A DNA stretch of 64,000 nt, taken from NCBI GenBank assembly GCA_949283975.1, contig CASDUK010000003.1, forward strand, positions 175,655 through 239,654, given 5' to 3'. Below the pieces are notes generated by a model. The model worked only from the letters and a program-made list of their open reading frames with translations. It did not search any database and had not been told where the DNA came from. Of the stretch, positions 36,465 to 50,000 are shown one piece after another. The position numbers were made by a program, and so were the translations under genes. Numbering within the stretch: position 1 is the stretch's first letter; each line of letters starts with the position of its first letter. The DNA comes from an uncultured Bacillota bacterium (GTDB lineage Bacteria > Bacillota > Clostridia > Christensenellales > UBA1242).

Positions 36465-36982
36465 TAAAGCTCTTGGGTTTGGGTTGCCTGCTGGCTTGCT
36501 TCGGATTGAATTGGAATGTTGTCTTCATCCAAAGAAACTTCTCCAGTCTTTTTGTTTGGCGCTTTTCTTGCTTGAATAGTTTTAAGTTCATCTTCAAGAG
36601 CCATAACTCTTTCCAACGAATCGCTGTAGTCTTTTAAAAGCTTTTCAAATTTTGGATCGTTTTGAAGAAGGTCTGCCTCATCTTTAAGGTCATCTCTGAA
36701 AGAAAATGCAGAAATTTTTGCCGCACAAAAACAAAAGAGCGTTAGCCCAAGGAAAACTGCGCCAACAGAGCCAAGCGGCCAAAACGCAAAGGCAAGAAGG
36801 AAAAAGGGAACCATCATATATCTCATTAGCGTTTCGCAACCTTCCAAATATTTCCCGGCCGCTCCCATAACCGCCTGGGGCGAATTTAACTTTTCGTGTT
36901 CAATTTTTCGCTCTATTTCTGCTTTTCTAATTCTCTCAGCTCTTAGTAGTTCTTGGGTTTTTTCGCTGTCTTGCTGTGGCAT
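36464..36982 (-). CDS. hypothetical membrane protein (172 aa, two TM helices flanked by charged helices)
   Basis: I moved the start to the ATG at 36982 (MPQQDSEK), which follows AAGGAGAG. The track's longer form would overlap the ttcA-like gene and code low-complexity F-rich sequence. Confidence 0.6.
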   Translation of the reverse strand: MPQQDSEKTQELLRAERIRKAEIERKIEHEKLNSPQAVMGAAGKYLEGCETLMRYMMVPFFLLAFAFWPLGSVGAVFLGLTLFCFCAAKISAFSFRDDLKDEADLLQNDPKFEKLLKDYSDSLERVMALEDELKTIQARKAPNKKTGEVSLDEDNIPIQSEASQQATQTQEL

Positions 36983-37121
36983 AAATTCTCTCCTTTTGTT
37001 ACTATGATAATACAACATTTTAGTTGAAAAGTCAAGGTTAAATTTTACATCTATAAAATCAAGAAAAAATACCAAAAAAATTGAAAAAAAATAGTCAAAA
37101 AAACCAAAAAAATTTATTTTT

Positions 37122-37832
37122 TTAATTTTTGTCGAATAAATTATATCTTTCGGGCGAAATAATTGCACTTAGCGTTTTTTTCTTTAATTCTGGGAATTTT
37201 TCCTCCGCTTTTTGCAAAAAAAGCTTAATTTCTTCCCTTTTTGTTTTGTGGTTTACAGGGCAAATATTTTTAATTATTGGAAGATTTTTTGAGCAATTTA
37301 TTATTGATTTTTCGCTTGTAAAAATTAGCGGCCTAATTGCCGTTATATCAACATTTGAAAGGTATGTTTTTGGCTTAAAAGTGTTTAAGCGGCCTTCGTA
37401 TATTAGAGATAGGAAAAATGTTTCAATTAGGTCATCACAGTGGTGGGCCAAAGCAACTTTGTTACACCCGTGTTTTTTGGCCTCACTGTTCAAAGCGCCG
37501 CGGCGCATTTTAGCGCATAAACTACAAGGATTTTTCTCTTTTCTAACATTGAAAATAACGTCGAAAATTTGGGAGGGAACAATTGTTAAATCAACCTCAA
37601 TTTTCTTGCAAAATTCAACCAGCGGATTAAAGTTTGTTTGGCCGTTTGTTTGATCAATTGTTATTGCAATCAACTGGAATTTTTCCTTTGAATGTTTTTG
37701 ATATTCTTTTAGCGCATAAAGCAAAACAAGGCTGTCTTTTCCTCCGCTTAAACCAACTGCAATTTTGTCGCCGTCTTCAATTAATGAATATTTTCTGCAG
37801 GCGCGAGAAATTTCTCCAATTATTTTTTTCAT
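37122..37832 (-). CDS. ttcA: TtcA-family PP-loop ATPase (tRNA 2-thiocytidine synthetase-like)
   Basis: VGLSGGKDS (PP-loop), CSLCAKMRRGAL, ALAHHCDDLIETFFLSL and IRPL...CPV are present. Confidence 0.75.
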   Translation of the reverse strand: MKKIIGEISRACRKYSLIEDGDKIAVGLSGGKDSLVLLYALKEYQKHSKEKFQLIAITIDQTNGQTNFNPLVEFCKKIEVDLTIVPSQIFDVIFNVRKEKNPCSLCAKMRRGALNSEAKKHGCNKVALAHHCDDLIETFFLSLIYEGRLNTFKPKTYLSNVDITAIRPLIFTSEKSIINCSKNLPIIKNICPVNHKTKREEIKLFLQKAEEKFPELKKKTLSAIISPERYNLFDKN

Positions 37833-38046
37833 TTTAATTTCCTTTTATTTTCAAATTTTAACAAAAAAGATTGTTTTATGCAAATTTAAAATCTAAAAAA
37901 GCAAATAATTCGCAATTTATTTTAAAAAAATTGTTTTTTAAGGCGAAAATGTTTTGATTTCGACACGAAAAGTATTATATTATATATAATTCTTAACCAG
38001 TGTTAAATAAATTCGAACTTTTTTGGAATATTAATTGGGAGGAAAC

Positions 38047-41000
38047 ATGAAAAAATTTTTGGGGATTGTAAGTTGCTTGGTTTTAATCTTAGTTGCAGGG
38101 GTAACTTTTGCCGCCTGCGGCCCATCTTCTTCGGGGATAACAATTTCTTCAAGCGAAACAGAACTTGAAATTGTTTTGGGTTCTGGCGAGGAAACCAAAA
38201 CTGTTGAATTCATCGTTGAGGGTTTTGGAAACGGAAGTGGCCAGTTAACTTTCAGCGTTGAGGAACAGGAAAAAAACACAATTTCTTGCACCCCAGAGTA
38301 CCAGGGAAACGGACGAACAACGCTAACCATAACTGGAAAGAATAGAGGAACGGCAACGATAACTGCAACTTCAATGCGGGGAAGCGTTAGCCATGTTATA
38401 ACAGTTAAAGTTGTTCAGCCAATAACGGGGTTGGCTCAGGCGGACGAATTTAAGGACAAACTTTATGCAATTAGCGGAAGTTCGCTAAACTTGTCGCAAG
38501 AAAAAATTTGGAAATATTCTCCCTCAAACACAAATCAGCGCGATTTGGTTTTTTCATTTGTTGGAGAAAGTCAGGGCTGCCGAATTGAAGATGGTAAATT
38601 AATTGTAGACCAAGATTGTGGCCTCTCAAGCGTTACAATCAGGGCAGAATCCGCCTTCAATTCTTCTGTTTACTGTGAAATTCCTGTTACAATTTTAAAT
38701 CCAATTGAAGTTGTTGCTCAAACGAACGGAAAAACAATCGTTGAAAATGTGACGGATCCTAACTCCCAGGTTTCAAACTTTTTTGAAATATTCCCAAGGG
38801 AAACTGAATATCAAAACAGTTTGACGATTACATTAATTATTAAGGCGGGAAGCGAGAGCCAAGCGCTGAATGTTGAAGATGTCTTTAGCTCTGGGGAAGA
38901 AAAGTTTGCTGCTCCTCAAACAGGTTACTATTTCGACAAAGCCTCCCAAACCCACAGATACACCTTTTTAATTCAAGCAAATTCTCAGGATGCAGGGAAA
39001 ATTGATTCTCTAACTTTCCGCGTTTCATACAGCGGATATGCAGCGGGGGAAAGCGAATATAACAGCAATTCAATCAACATAAATTTAAGTTCATATAACA
39101 AAGCCCTTCAAGTTGATGTAAACGGCCAAGCTGGGCAAGTTGAGGTTGATGTCTTTGAAAACTCAATCAACTTGGTAGACGGAGAAATTCTTGAAATTTC
39201 TCTTCTTCCAGGGAATTTAAAGTTAGATCAAAATTACATAATTCTTTGGGCGGAAGATTTTGAAAACCTTCCAATTTCGCTTTATAAACTTGATTCAACA
39301 AGAAGAAACTATATTTGCGTGTTTGGATATGACCAAAACGGAAATCCCGTTGGTTCAACAGGAAACGGAATTAGATATGCAAAAATCCAATCTGGAACGA
39401 AACTTTATGCATTTATTAACAACAACTATCAAGGGTTAACAGGAACTAACAAGCAATCAACAATCTATGCCCAAGCAGTTGAGTTTTGGAATTCGGAAAT
39501 CACTTCGAATGAAAGAGCTTTTACCACGATAGATTTTGTTATAAATCCAAATGCAAAGGATATCTTCCTTGCGCAGCCAAATGACCAAGGCGTTTTAGAG
39601 GCAGATAAGGACAATAAAACAATCTTTATTGAACTTGGGGAAACGGAAATTGCTTATATTGCAGTTGATCCAAGCACCTTTACAATTGGGGCAAACTCTG
39701 TTGTTACAATTGCAAATGAAAGCTTGGCAGAAATTGGCGAACTTGTTGAACATGCGGTTAGCGAAGACTTTGTTTTTGCAAAATTTGAAATTGTTGCAAA
39801 TAAAGTTGGTTCAACAACGTTAACCGTAACTTTGTCAGACGGAAAACAGGTTGACTTTAACCTTGTTGTTATAAGCCCGCTTGAAGAACTTGAAATGGGG
39901 CTTGAAAGCGTTGTTATTGGCGAAACAGAAATTGGAAGTGATATAGTTCCATACAGACACCTTCCAGACACAACGGTTATAGTTGGTGAAACAACGCCAT
40001 TTATTGCGCTTAACAAGCTTTCAATTTCCAACAACGGCGGGGCGGGAATTAGATTAACAAAAAATGCAACCCCTCAAACTGCGCAATACTATTTGAGTTA
40101 TAATTACTATGATTACACCTTTGAAAACGGAAAAGACATAAAAAATATAACGCTGGAAGACATAGACCTTGAAAACATAACCTTCAACACAACAAGTTCA
40201 ATAATTAACACCTCGCTTTTAGCAAACCAAACAATTGTAGAGGCGGTTAATTCTTCAACAGAAGGCGCTGTTTTGGTTAGAATTTCTGTCTATGCAATGG
40301 GCGCAGACGGCGAATATAGCGACCAGCCCGTTGGCTATTTCTATTATCTAATTGATTTCTTCATTCCAACAAGCGGGCTAACTCTTTCAAGCGGAACTCT
40401 TGAACTTTATACTTATGATACAATTGGTGACAAATTCCTTGTAAATAATGTTAGTCGTTCAATTGGAGAATTTTCTGTTACCGTTAACCCAGTTAACCAA
40501 GGTTTAACACCAACTTATATTAATAACTTAAAAATTTATGTAAACGGAAATTCCGTAAACATCATGGAGCGTTTTACAAATGATGTTTTATATCTATATT
40601 TTGACGGCTCAATTGCGTCAAGTCGAAACAACGCAGCGCTTGAAATTATTAGATCTTTTGAAAACAACACCTTTACTTTTAAGTTCCAAGCGCTTAGAAG
40701 AGAGGCAAACTACATTTTTGCAATGGTTCTTTCCGAAGTTGATGAATCTAAAACATTCACAGCTCTTGGAAGGATAATTGCAAAAGAAGCTGTTGAAATT
40801 AGCGACATTGAAATAATTAATGCAAACCAAGAAAGCCCAATTTATATAGAAAACGTTTTCCTGGCGCAAGAAGATTTTGAAAGCGAAGAGGCTTACTTAG
40901 AATATATTAATGATATTATAAATAATCCATATCAGTTGGAATTGGTTTATAACCTATATTCAAAAAATGGAAATGAAATAACAAATCCTTCGCTTGAATT

Positions 41001-44000
41001 TGAGGTTGAATATAATTTAATTTCTGGCGAACGAGAGTATTACACAGACATCAACGGAAACAAAATTAACTTTGTTCAAATAATTCAAGAAAACGGAAAA
41101 ACTTCTGTTAAAATTATTCGCGCGGCTTGGGACTATTCAAGTTATTATGAACTTTCTGAAGAAGAGCGCGCCGAAACAACTTTAGATAAACATAAAGTTT
41201 TGGTTGAATTTGGTGCAAATGCAACAATTTCAGTTTATCCAACTTCAAATTACTATAATGCATACAATGGCTGGAACGGCGAAGAGCCAATTGTTTCCAT
41301 TCCAATAACAGTTGCAGATGGAAAAACAAGCGAAACATCTCTTCAACTTTGGGATTTAGAAGACTTGGAGCTATTAAGACTTCATCCAGCGGCAAACTTT
41401 ACAATTATGGCCAACATCTCAATGGTTTCAGAGTCGAATAATAAAGTTCCAGAGGAGTTTTATGAAAATTATGCTCCAGTTGAGGAATTCTATGGAACGC
41501 TTAGGGGAGATCCTGGTTTTGCCGGCGGAGGCACAATGCCGCTAATAATTTCTGTTGCACCGCTATTTAAGAAAATTGCAAGCGGCGCAGTTGTTGAAAA
41601 CTTTAGTTATGTTGCGTTGGAGGTGTATGATGACGACTCTGTTTTTGACAGCACAAAGTTTGCATCAACAGTAAACGGCGAAACCTATCTTGGCGGGCTT
41701 GCAAACATCAACGATGGAACAATTAGAAACGTTGCAGCAATTGGCGAATATGCCGAAGATAACGATATTTATGCTGCCTCAATGTTCTCTGGCGCAAGGG
41801 TCTTTGCGGATGGAGAAAAAGCGCCAGCTGCTCAAGCAATAATTTTGTTTGTGGGAGTTAACACGGATTATGAGAACACCGGGGCTGCGCTTATTGAACT
41901 GCTTGAATTTACAGAAGTTCAAGCGGGCGAACTTGTTAGATACACCGGGTTTTTAGTTGGTTTAAACCGAGGAACAATTGAAATTACAGACACGTCAACC
42001 GTTAGCGGAATTGGGGCTGCGATACTTTTTGGCGCTAATGTTGGCGGAATTGTTGGAGTTAATGACACAACAGGCAAAATTGTTGGTTACAACTTCTATG
42101 GAAACGTAATTGGAACTGAAACTGCGGGCGGAATTGCCGCTTTAAACAAGGGCGAAATTAAAAACTGCAACATTTTAAATGGCGGAACTCATCTTTATGG
42201 AATTAATGTGTTTATTCTTGGAGAAGATGTTTACAGCTATGCCGAAGAGAAGGGAATTGACATTCAATTTGCCGCAGGCGGAATTGCCGCAATTAGTAAA
42301 GGCGGAAAAATTCAAGGCTGTAGCACAGAAATTGGAACTGGAACAAATCCGCCAGATTCTTCAATGGGAGAAGGGGGAGCTTTTGAAAAATTATTTGAAC
42401 CCGAACTTGGCTCAACAGTTTGGGGCAAAAGAGTTGCAAAAGCGGGAACTTACTACCTTAACCAAAAGGCGGAATATGATTTTAACGTTTTAGACAACGG
42501 AACTGTTTTAACCGGAACAATTAAGTTTTTACGCGGAGGCTCAAACGAAAACATTGAGGACATTTTAGTTGAGCTTCCAAAGCTTACAGAAGAAAATCCA
42601 TCTCACTATTTTGTAGCAAACGGAAGAGAATATAGAATTTATGTCGAATTTGGAACAAGCAGCTACATCAATGTTACAATTTATGATGTTACAGGAGGAG
42701 AAGAAACCTCGCTTAAATCACTTAGTATTTATAAGTATAATTCAACACATAGCGGCGAATTTGAAACTTTAGATGTCAACAAAATTGTTGTTTCAAGCGA
42801 CCCAATTTATTGCGGCGGGCTCGTTGGAATTCTTTCTGAAACAAAGCTTAGCCAAAGCTTCTTTGACGGAACTTTAGGCGTTAGAGATTCAAACAGCGGC
42901 GGGCTTGTTGGCTACTTGTATGAAAGCGCAGCGGAAGAGCCTTTGGTTGACAACTGCTACGCTGTTTTGGGATATGCAAATTCCTATGTTGAAAGAGCAA
43001 AAAACGCCGGCTACATATTGAGGCAGGGGCTTTTCATTTCCGGCGGTTCGCTTAATGAAATTAAATATTGCTATGTTTCCTCAAACAACACAACCTTTGG
43101 CCCAAGTTATAACGGAGAAGGCCGCGCAACGGGAAGCTTCCATTCGGCAATTGGATTAACATCTATTATTGATATTATAAACTACAACGGCGACTTTTTG
43201 GGCTTTGATATTACAGAGTGGGCGGACAAAACGTTCACAGACTTGGAAGGGCAATATACCTACATTGATGGAACGATGAGCGTAACACCTGAGAACACCA
43301 TTTTAACGGCAAGCTCTCAAATTGTTGGAGACACATATTACGGCAGCTTTGAAATGAGCTATTCGTTAACGAATCCAAATTATGGCGCTGGAAGCCTTAG
43401 TTTTACCATTCATAAAAACGGAACGGAACTTGAAAAGAAAACTGTTGAAATTAAAGATTTTGCTTTAGCAAACGGCTCTTCGGTTGACTACACCTTTGCA
43501 GATCTTGGAATTAAAGTTTCTTTAACCCCAGTGGATTTGAATGCGGCAACCTCCAGAGGGATAATGTTTGTTGCAACAGATGTTTCCAGCGGAGACACGC
43601 TTTATGAACAAAAAGTTACTGGTTGGGTGTCTTCGGGAACAAATAATGGCGTTGAATACGAGAGATATGAGGTTTCAAGCAGTTTTGGATTTAAAACTGT
43701 TGAAACAACAGTCAGCCACAATGGGCAAAACCAAGTTATTTCACGAAACCTTTATTCCTATCCAAACAGCTCTTCAAGCTATGAATTATATAGGTTTACC
43801 CACAACGGAAAAACACATGTTGTTGAACTGTCATCAAATGGCGCTCAAAGTTTTGAAATTAAAATTAAATATCAGCAATATGAATCATCAAGTTATTGGC
43901 CAGAACTTATAAGAGAATGGGTTGATGGCTCAAGTGAAACTAAAGCGGAAATTGAATTTGCAGAATCATATTCTATTGTTGCAAATTTAAATCTTTTCCC

Positions 44001-47000
44001 AGGCGCAAGCAATGAACAGCTAAATCAAAAATATGAATTTAATTTAACTTTTGACGGCCAAAACTATGTTTCCAAAGAGCAATATGACTTCCCTAAAGTT
44101 TTTGGCCGAGGTGAAACATATCTTGTTGTAGAGGGCTCCTATTCTGGAATAAGTCTCATGATTAGAGATTACTATGGTTCTGGGTATTCTAGCTCTTATC
44201 TTTGCACTTCAAATTTTGGAGGCGGAGAAACCGCAATTAGCTATGATGAAAGCTCAAAAATTTATCTTGAACTTTCAAAGAAGGGTGAAATTCTTTACAG
44301 CAAGATTTCACAAGATGGACTAACAGCAACCTTTGGCTCAATTTCGCTTTTATACATGAAAGCTTTCTATCAGTTCTTGTATGACAATTATGAAGTGTTA
44401 ATTGCCGATGAAACATGGGATGGAATTTCCTATGCGGGAGCAAGCGGAATTACTGGCGCAGAAGTTAAAGAAGTTATTTGCCAGCTGTTTGGAATTTCCT
44501 CAGCACAAACAGATTCTGAAATTAAGGCGCAAATTAAAGAAATAATCGATGAAAAAGTTATTAAACCGTTCAACAATTCCTTGGCTGAATTAAAAACAGA
44601 CATTGGTGCACTTCAAGGCGAGCTTAAAAAAATTGTTTCAGAAATAGAAACCCTTTTAAAGGCTTCGGGCTATGATCCTTCAGAATATAGCGATTTGTTG
44701 GAAAAGTTAAACTCTTATTCAACTTTAATTGCTCAAGCGCAGACAACAATTTCTGGAATTGAGTCAATTGCAAACGGATCGGATATTAAAAACCTAATTT
44801 TAAACGCAATTGAACCAGTTAGAAAGGTTATTGGCGGAGTTTATTATCAGTTCATTATGTTCGTTGAGCTTAATGGCGAAAAACTTAATGATTACATGGA
44901 CGAAAACTTTAAAGATGAAGAAGAACTGTTAGAGGCAATGGGCTCTCTTTACTCTTTGATAATTTCGGTTTCGTCTGGCGAAGATAGGTATGAAATAATT
45001 GATGCCGATGGATTGACAAGCGAGTTATTTATTGGGCTTGTTGAGCTTTATGCCTTTGACCCTGAAAACGGCTATGGAACAATTCCGGAAGAAATAGACG
45101 GATTTATTGAAGCCGGTTGGGACATTGCAAATAAAGGTGAAGAAAGCGATTCTATTTGGATTTTCGATGAAGGGTGGCTTCCACATTTCAGGCAAAACGA
45201 AGAAAGCCAAAGAATTTATGAATTCGATGTTGAAATAAACCCAAACAAAAATCAAGATTCTATGATAAACAAGGACAATTCTTCTGTTGTTCTCTTCTAC
45301 TATGACATTGCAGACAAATCGCTGTTAACAACCACTCAGCTTAGCCAACTTGCCATGAAAAACATGATTACAATAGACGAATTTGTTAGAATTTTCAACA
45401 TCAACGGAAGTTTAAACACCACCGGAAGTTTTGAGCAATTCATCTTCCAAAGTTCAGACAGAAGCGTTGTTAGAGTTATAAATGGCCAACTTCAGATTAT
45501 TGGAACAGGTTCTGCAACAATTACAATAATGCCTTTGCGTGGTCCAGCGCTTGGATCTGTTCCAACATATTCAATAACCGTTTATGTAATCTATCCGTTT
45601 GGCGAAACAAACATCTATAACGGAATTAGCGCAGAAACCGGAACAAACTCTTCAAACAATCCAATAAATGTTGAGGAGGGGGACGAGCGCGAACCAATTA
45701 CAATTATTAAAGGCGATGTAAACTATATAACTATTAAAACAGATAGAAATATTGCACTTGAAAATACAATTTTCAACTTCTTAACAAATTTAATTTCAAT
45801 TGATGTTTCAATTACACATCAAACTGAAAATGGAACTGAAGTTGACTATGATTCCAATGGAACAGACAACAAGTTTAATATAAGCGGGCTTACCGGGCAA
45901 GATGGAAAATTTATTGAGGGAACGCTTGGAATAACAATTGCCGAAGATGTTAGCGAAGAGCAAATTTTCACGTTCCTTGCAAACATCTTGCTTCAATCTG
46001 GCTCTCAACCATTCCCAAATGCTTCTTCATATTTTATAGACCAGGTAAACAACATTCTTTCTGGCTTGTTCAATGAATATTTCAACTTCAAAGTTTCTGT
46101 TAGAGCAGAAAAACTTTTGCTTTCAATTAAAGAAGCAGAAATAGATCCATCAACAATAATTTCTGTTGACACAGAGCTTCACACAAACAGAGATGAAGAC
46201 AGAATTAAAATTATGATAAAAGATGAAGCCGGAAATGTTGTTTGGGCGTCTGAAAGCGTTGTTGAAGATCTTGATGGCAACATAAGATTTGTTACAGAGG
46301 AAGATTATGAAAACGACAAACTAAATGTAGGCCTTACATATGTCTTTGAGAAAGGCGAAACAAGTTCAATTTTCGAGGTAAATGGCGCCGATCTTTGGGA
46401 GAATAAAGGTTCAAATTTAAACGGTAACAAAACAATTGTTAATGGTGTTTTAAACGGCAACATTTTAATTGGCGTAAAGGAAGATGCAAGAAAATTAATT
46501 GATACAACAAAGAATTACACTGTTATTTTAACGGATTCTAAGGAAAACATTTCAAATTCGTTTAACTTTACCTTAAAACCACAAAAAATTATTAATGTTA
46601 CATATACCCACCACAACCGAACAGACGATTCAACGGCGAGTGGAATTAAAATTCAAGATGAGCCAAGTTCTGTTCTAGTTCCTGGCGATAACGGCCTTTT
46701 AACAATTGGCCTTTACCCAACCTATGGAAGCTACAGCCGAATTGTCTTAGAAAGCCAAATTATCGACAACAATTATTATGTTCTGATGGAACAAATGTAT
46801 AAATCGGGCGAGTATTATCTTTCAACATCAACAACTGTTGGTTATAGCAGCGTTAGAGATGTAAACAAACTGACAATTTATAAACCAACAGACACAAACC
46901 TCAACACCGGTTACATCTATGTTAGAACAAGAATTTTGGAAAACGTTAACCAAGGGCTTTACTTCCCAATTACAATAACAATCTATGACAAAGACGAAAA

Positions 47001-50000
47001 CGGCGAAGAATATGTTGTTAAAACCGAAACAATAACGCTTGTTTCACAGGTTATTGACGGGGCGCAAATTACAATTGACGGCGAAAAGGGCGCAACAGTT
47101 GTAAGAGGTTACACCTATCCAATTCAAATTAGTGTTGAAGAAAACCAAACTCTTGCAGACTACAATTTGGTTGACTTTGATTCAACAGGAGACCCAGATG
47201 ACTCCATAGCGGTTTACTTTAACAGGGCAGAATATGAAATTGTTGACGGAAGAAAAGTTTACAACGGAACAATTTCAATTGGTTTAGACGCAGAATTGGC
47301 GGGAGACGGCGTTTTTAAAGTTGAAACCATTGTTCAAAAAATTATAAACGGAAGAATTGAAAGCACAACGGACAACATTGAGCTTAGAATTGTTGACTTC
47401 TTGATTGATGACGTTCAAATCAAAGGAAACGCGGAAGGAGACAATGTTTTCAACACGCCAGCGGCAATTGAAAAAGACATGTCGTTTGAGTTTATTTTAA
47501 CCGAAACGCCTGAGATTTTCAGTTCGTCTCAGCAAGATTCAATTAACAGAATCAACAACGCAAAAGAAGAGTTCTTAAACTCGCTTGCCTATAAACAATA
47601 TGTTACAACCAATGATAAAATATATCAGTATATTGTAAACACTGATAGAATTTTTGGCGTCAACAGCAAATATAATACCGACAAAAACCAGCCAAGCCAT
47701 ATTTCAACCTCTCAAATGAGCATTATCTACGACCTTTATTATGCTGGCGATTTAACAGCGCTTGTTAATGGGGCAACCGTTCAACAAAACGAATATTTCT
47801 CTTTTGCCTATGACGGAGATTCAAACGGAACAACCGGCCTTGGCGCAAAAACAATTAGAGTTGTTGGGAAGAGAATGGGGGCAATTAATTTAACGCTAAG
47901 AATTGGCTATCAGCTTCCAGGGCTTGCAGAAGTTGAATATTTCAACTATAACTTTACAATCAATGTTCAAATGTATTCAGATGAGGACAAGCCAACACCA
48001 ATTGAATCGGAAGAACAATTTATTGAATATTTAACCTCAACAACCGAACAATATGGCGAAACAAACTTCATTTTAATGAAAGACCTTGTTTTGGAAAACT
48101 TTGTTCCATTCCCATCAACAAACTTTGCAAGTTTAGACGGAAACAACAAGGTTATAACAATTAAAAACTTTGACCTTTCAAGCCAAACAACAGGCGGGCT
48201 TAATATTGGGCTTTTTCAAACTGTTTCAAAAGGTTCAACGCTTAAAAACCTTGTTGTAAATTACAACGAAACAGAGGGAATTTTTGTTGACGAAAGCCTG
48301 TATTCCTCAGTTAACTTTGGCGGAATTGCGGTTACAAACGACGGAATCATCTATAACTGCGAGGTTGTTTCGGTTGACATGTCGCTAAACAACATGGTAA
48401 CAGATGACGGCGGAATTGAAATTTACTTCAATCAAACAAATAAAGATGCACAAAAGCTTGACAGAACAACCGTTCAAATTGCCGGCCTTGTTGTTACAAA
48501 TTCGGCAACGGGAAGCATAACAAACAGCCGCGTTGGCGGAAAGGGAAGCTTTAAAAAAGTTGTCTACATCGACGGGGTTGGCGCAAGCGAAACAAACTAT
48601 AATTATAGCAAAATTAACATAATTGGCCAGGGGAATATGTCCGGATTTGTAATATCCAACAGCGGAACAATTTCGGCTTCATATTTTGCAAACGGATTTA
48701 TAACAAACAAAACAATTTCTGGGGCGCTGTGTGCAACGGCAGGTTTTGTAATTACAAATAACTTAAATTCAACAATAACTGGCTGCTATGTTGAAGGCTT
48801 TAGAACAACGGAAGATGGCTTAGAACAGTTTATGACTGGCGGCGGAATAACATCTCAGGGCGTTTCAGCTGGGTTCGTTTATGAAAATGCCGGAACAATT
48901 TCCGATTGCTACTCAAACATAAAACTTGCAGGAGATAGCACAGGAAGGCTTGTTTCTGGCTTTGTTTACAGCAATGCAACAACTGGAAGCATTGCAAGAT
49001 GTTATGCTGCATCAACAATTGTTGGCGAGCTTACAACCCAAATGCCGTTTACCGGAAAAGACGCAAGAGAAAATTCTCTTCAAAATAACCCAGAAGGAAT
49101 TATCAACAGCTACTACCTAGTTAAGAGGTATGACAGTGAAACCGTTTTGGAAGAGAAGTATAAAACGGGTGCAACTGCGCTTACTGCCGCAACGCTAACT
49201 TCCTCAACTCTCTATGGCTTTGCAATGGCTTGGGAAGATGATGAGAACAGCGGAATTTGGCGCTGGAACGAAACATATAAATATCCAGAGCTTGTTTCGG
49301 CAAATCAAATTGCAATTTCTGTTAGAAGAATAATTGAAAACTATTCTTCGCTAATAACTGGCGGAACTTCAACAGAAAGTTTGGATATTTTCCCATACAT
49401 TCAAGGCTATGAATATGGAAGCGCTTTAAACCCAATTATTATTAGAACAGCAGACGAATTTAACAGAGTTTTTGGCCAGGAAACAAACCTTGTTGAAAAC
49501 GCTTATTATGCAATTAGCCAAATGTATGATAAGGATCTTGGAATTGTCTTTGGAAGCTATCGCCTTGTTTCCTCTGTTAATTTTGATGAGCTTACAACAG
49601 TTGAAAACATAAAAATTTCATCTTCAATTATGAATTTGGCGCAAAATAACGCATATTTCGGAACTTTTGAGGGAAATGGCCTTGTAATTAGAAACGTTGA
49701 AATTGCGCTAGACAGCCAAAGTTCTGTTGGCCTTTTCTCAATGATAACAAGCGGAGGAGTTTTCAAAAATGCAACGATAACCGTTATAACAGTTGCCGGC
49801 GGCCAGCGAAGCGTTTATGCCGGTGCGGTTGCGGGGCTTGTTCAAAACTCTGCAATTTCAAACGTAACAGTTCAACCTGTTACAACTTCTGGAGATAACC
49901 GTTCAAGAATTTCCGGGCAAAACATAGTTGGCGGCGTTGTTGGCGCGGTTATTGGAAATTCAAAAGTTTCAAACCTTGTTTCAAACATGTCTGTTGTTTC

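Noticed and set aside
37129-37653. 174-aa plus-strand ORF antisense to the ttcA-like gene
   Set aside because: The minus-strand frame carries the PP-loop SGGKDS and the Cys motifs of TtcA. The plus-strand frame is F/S/L-rich with no motif.
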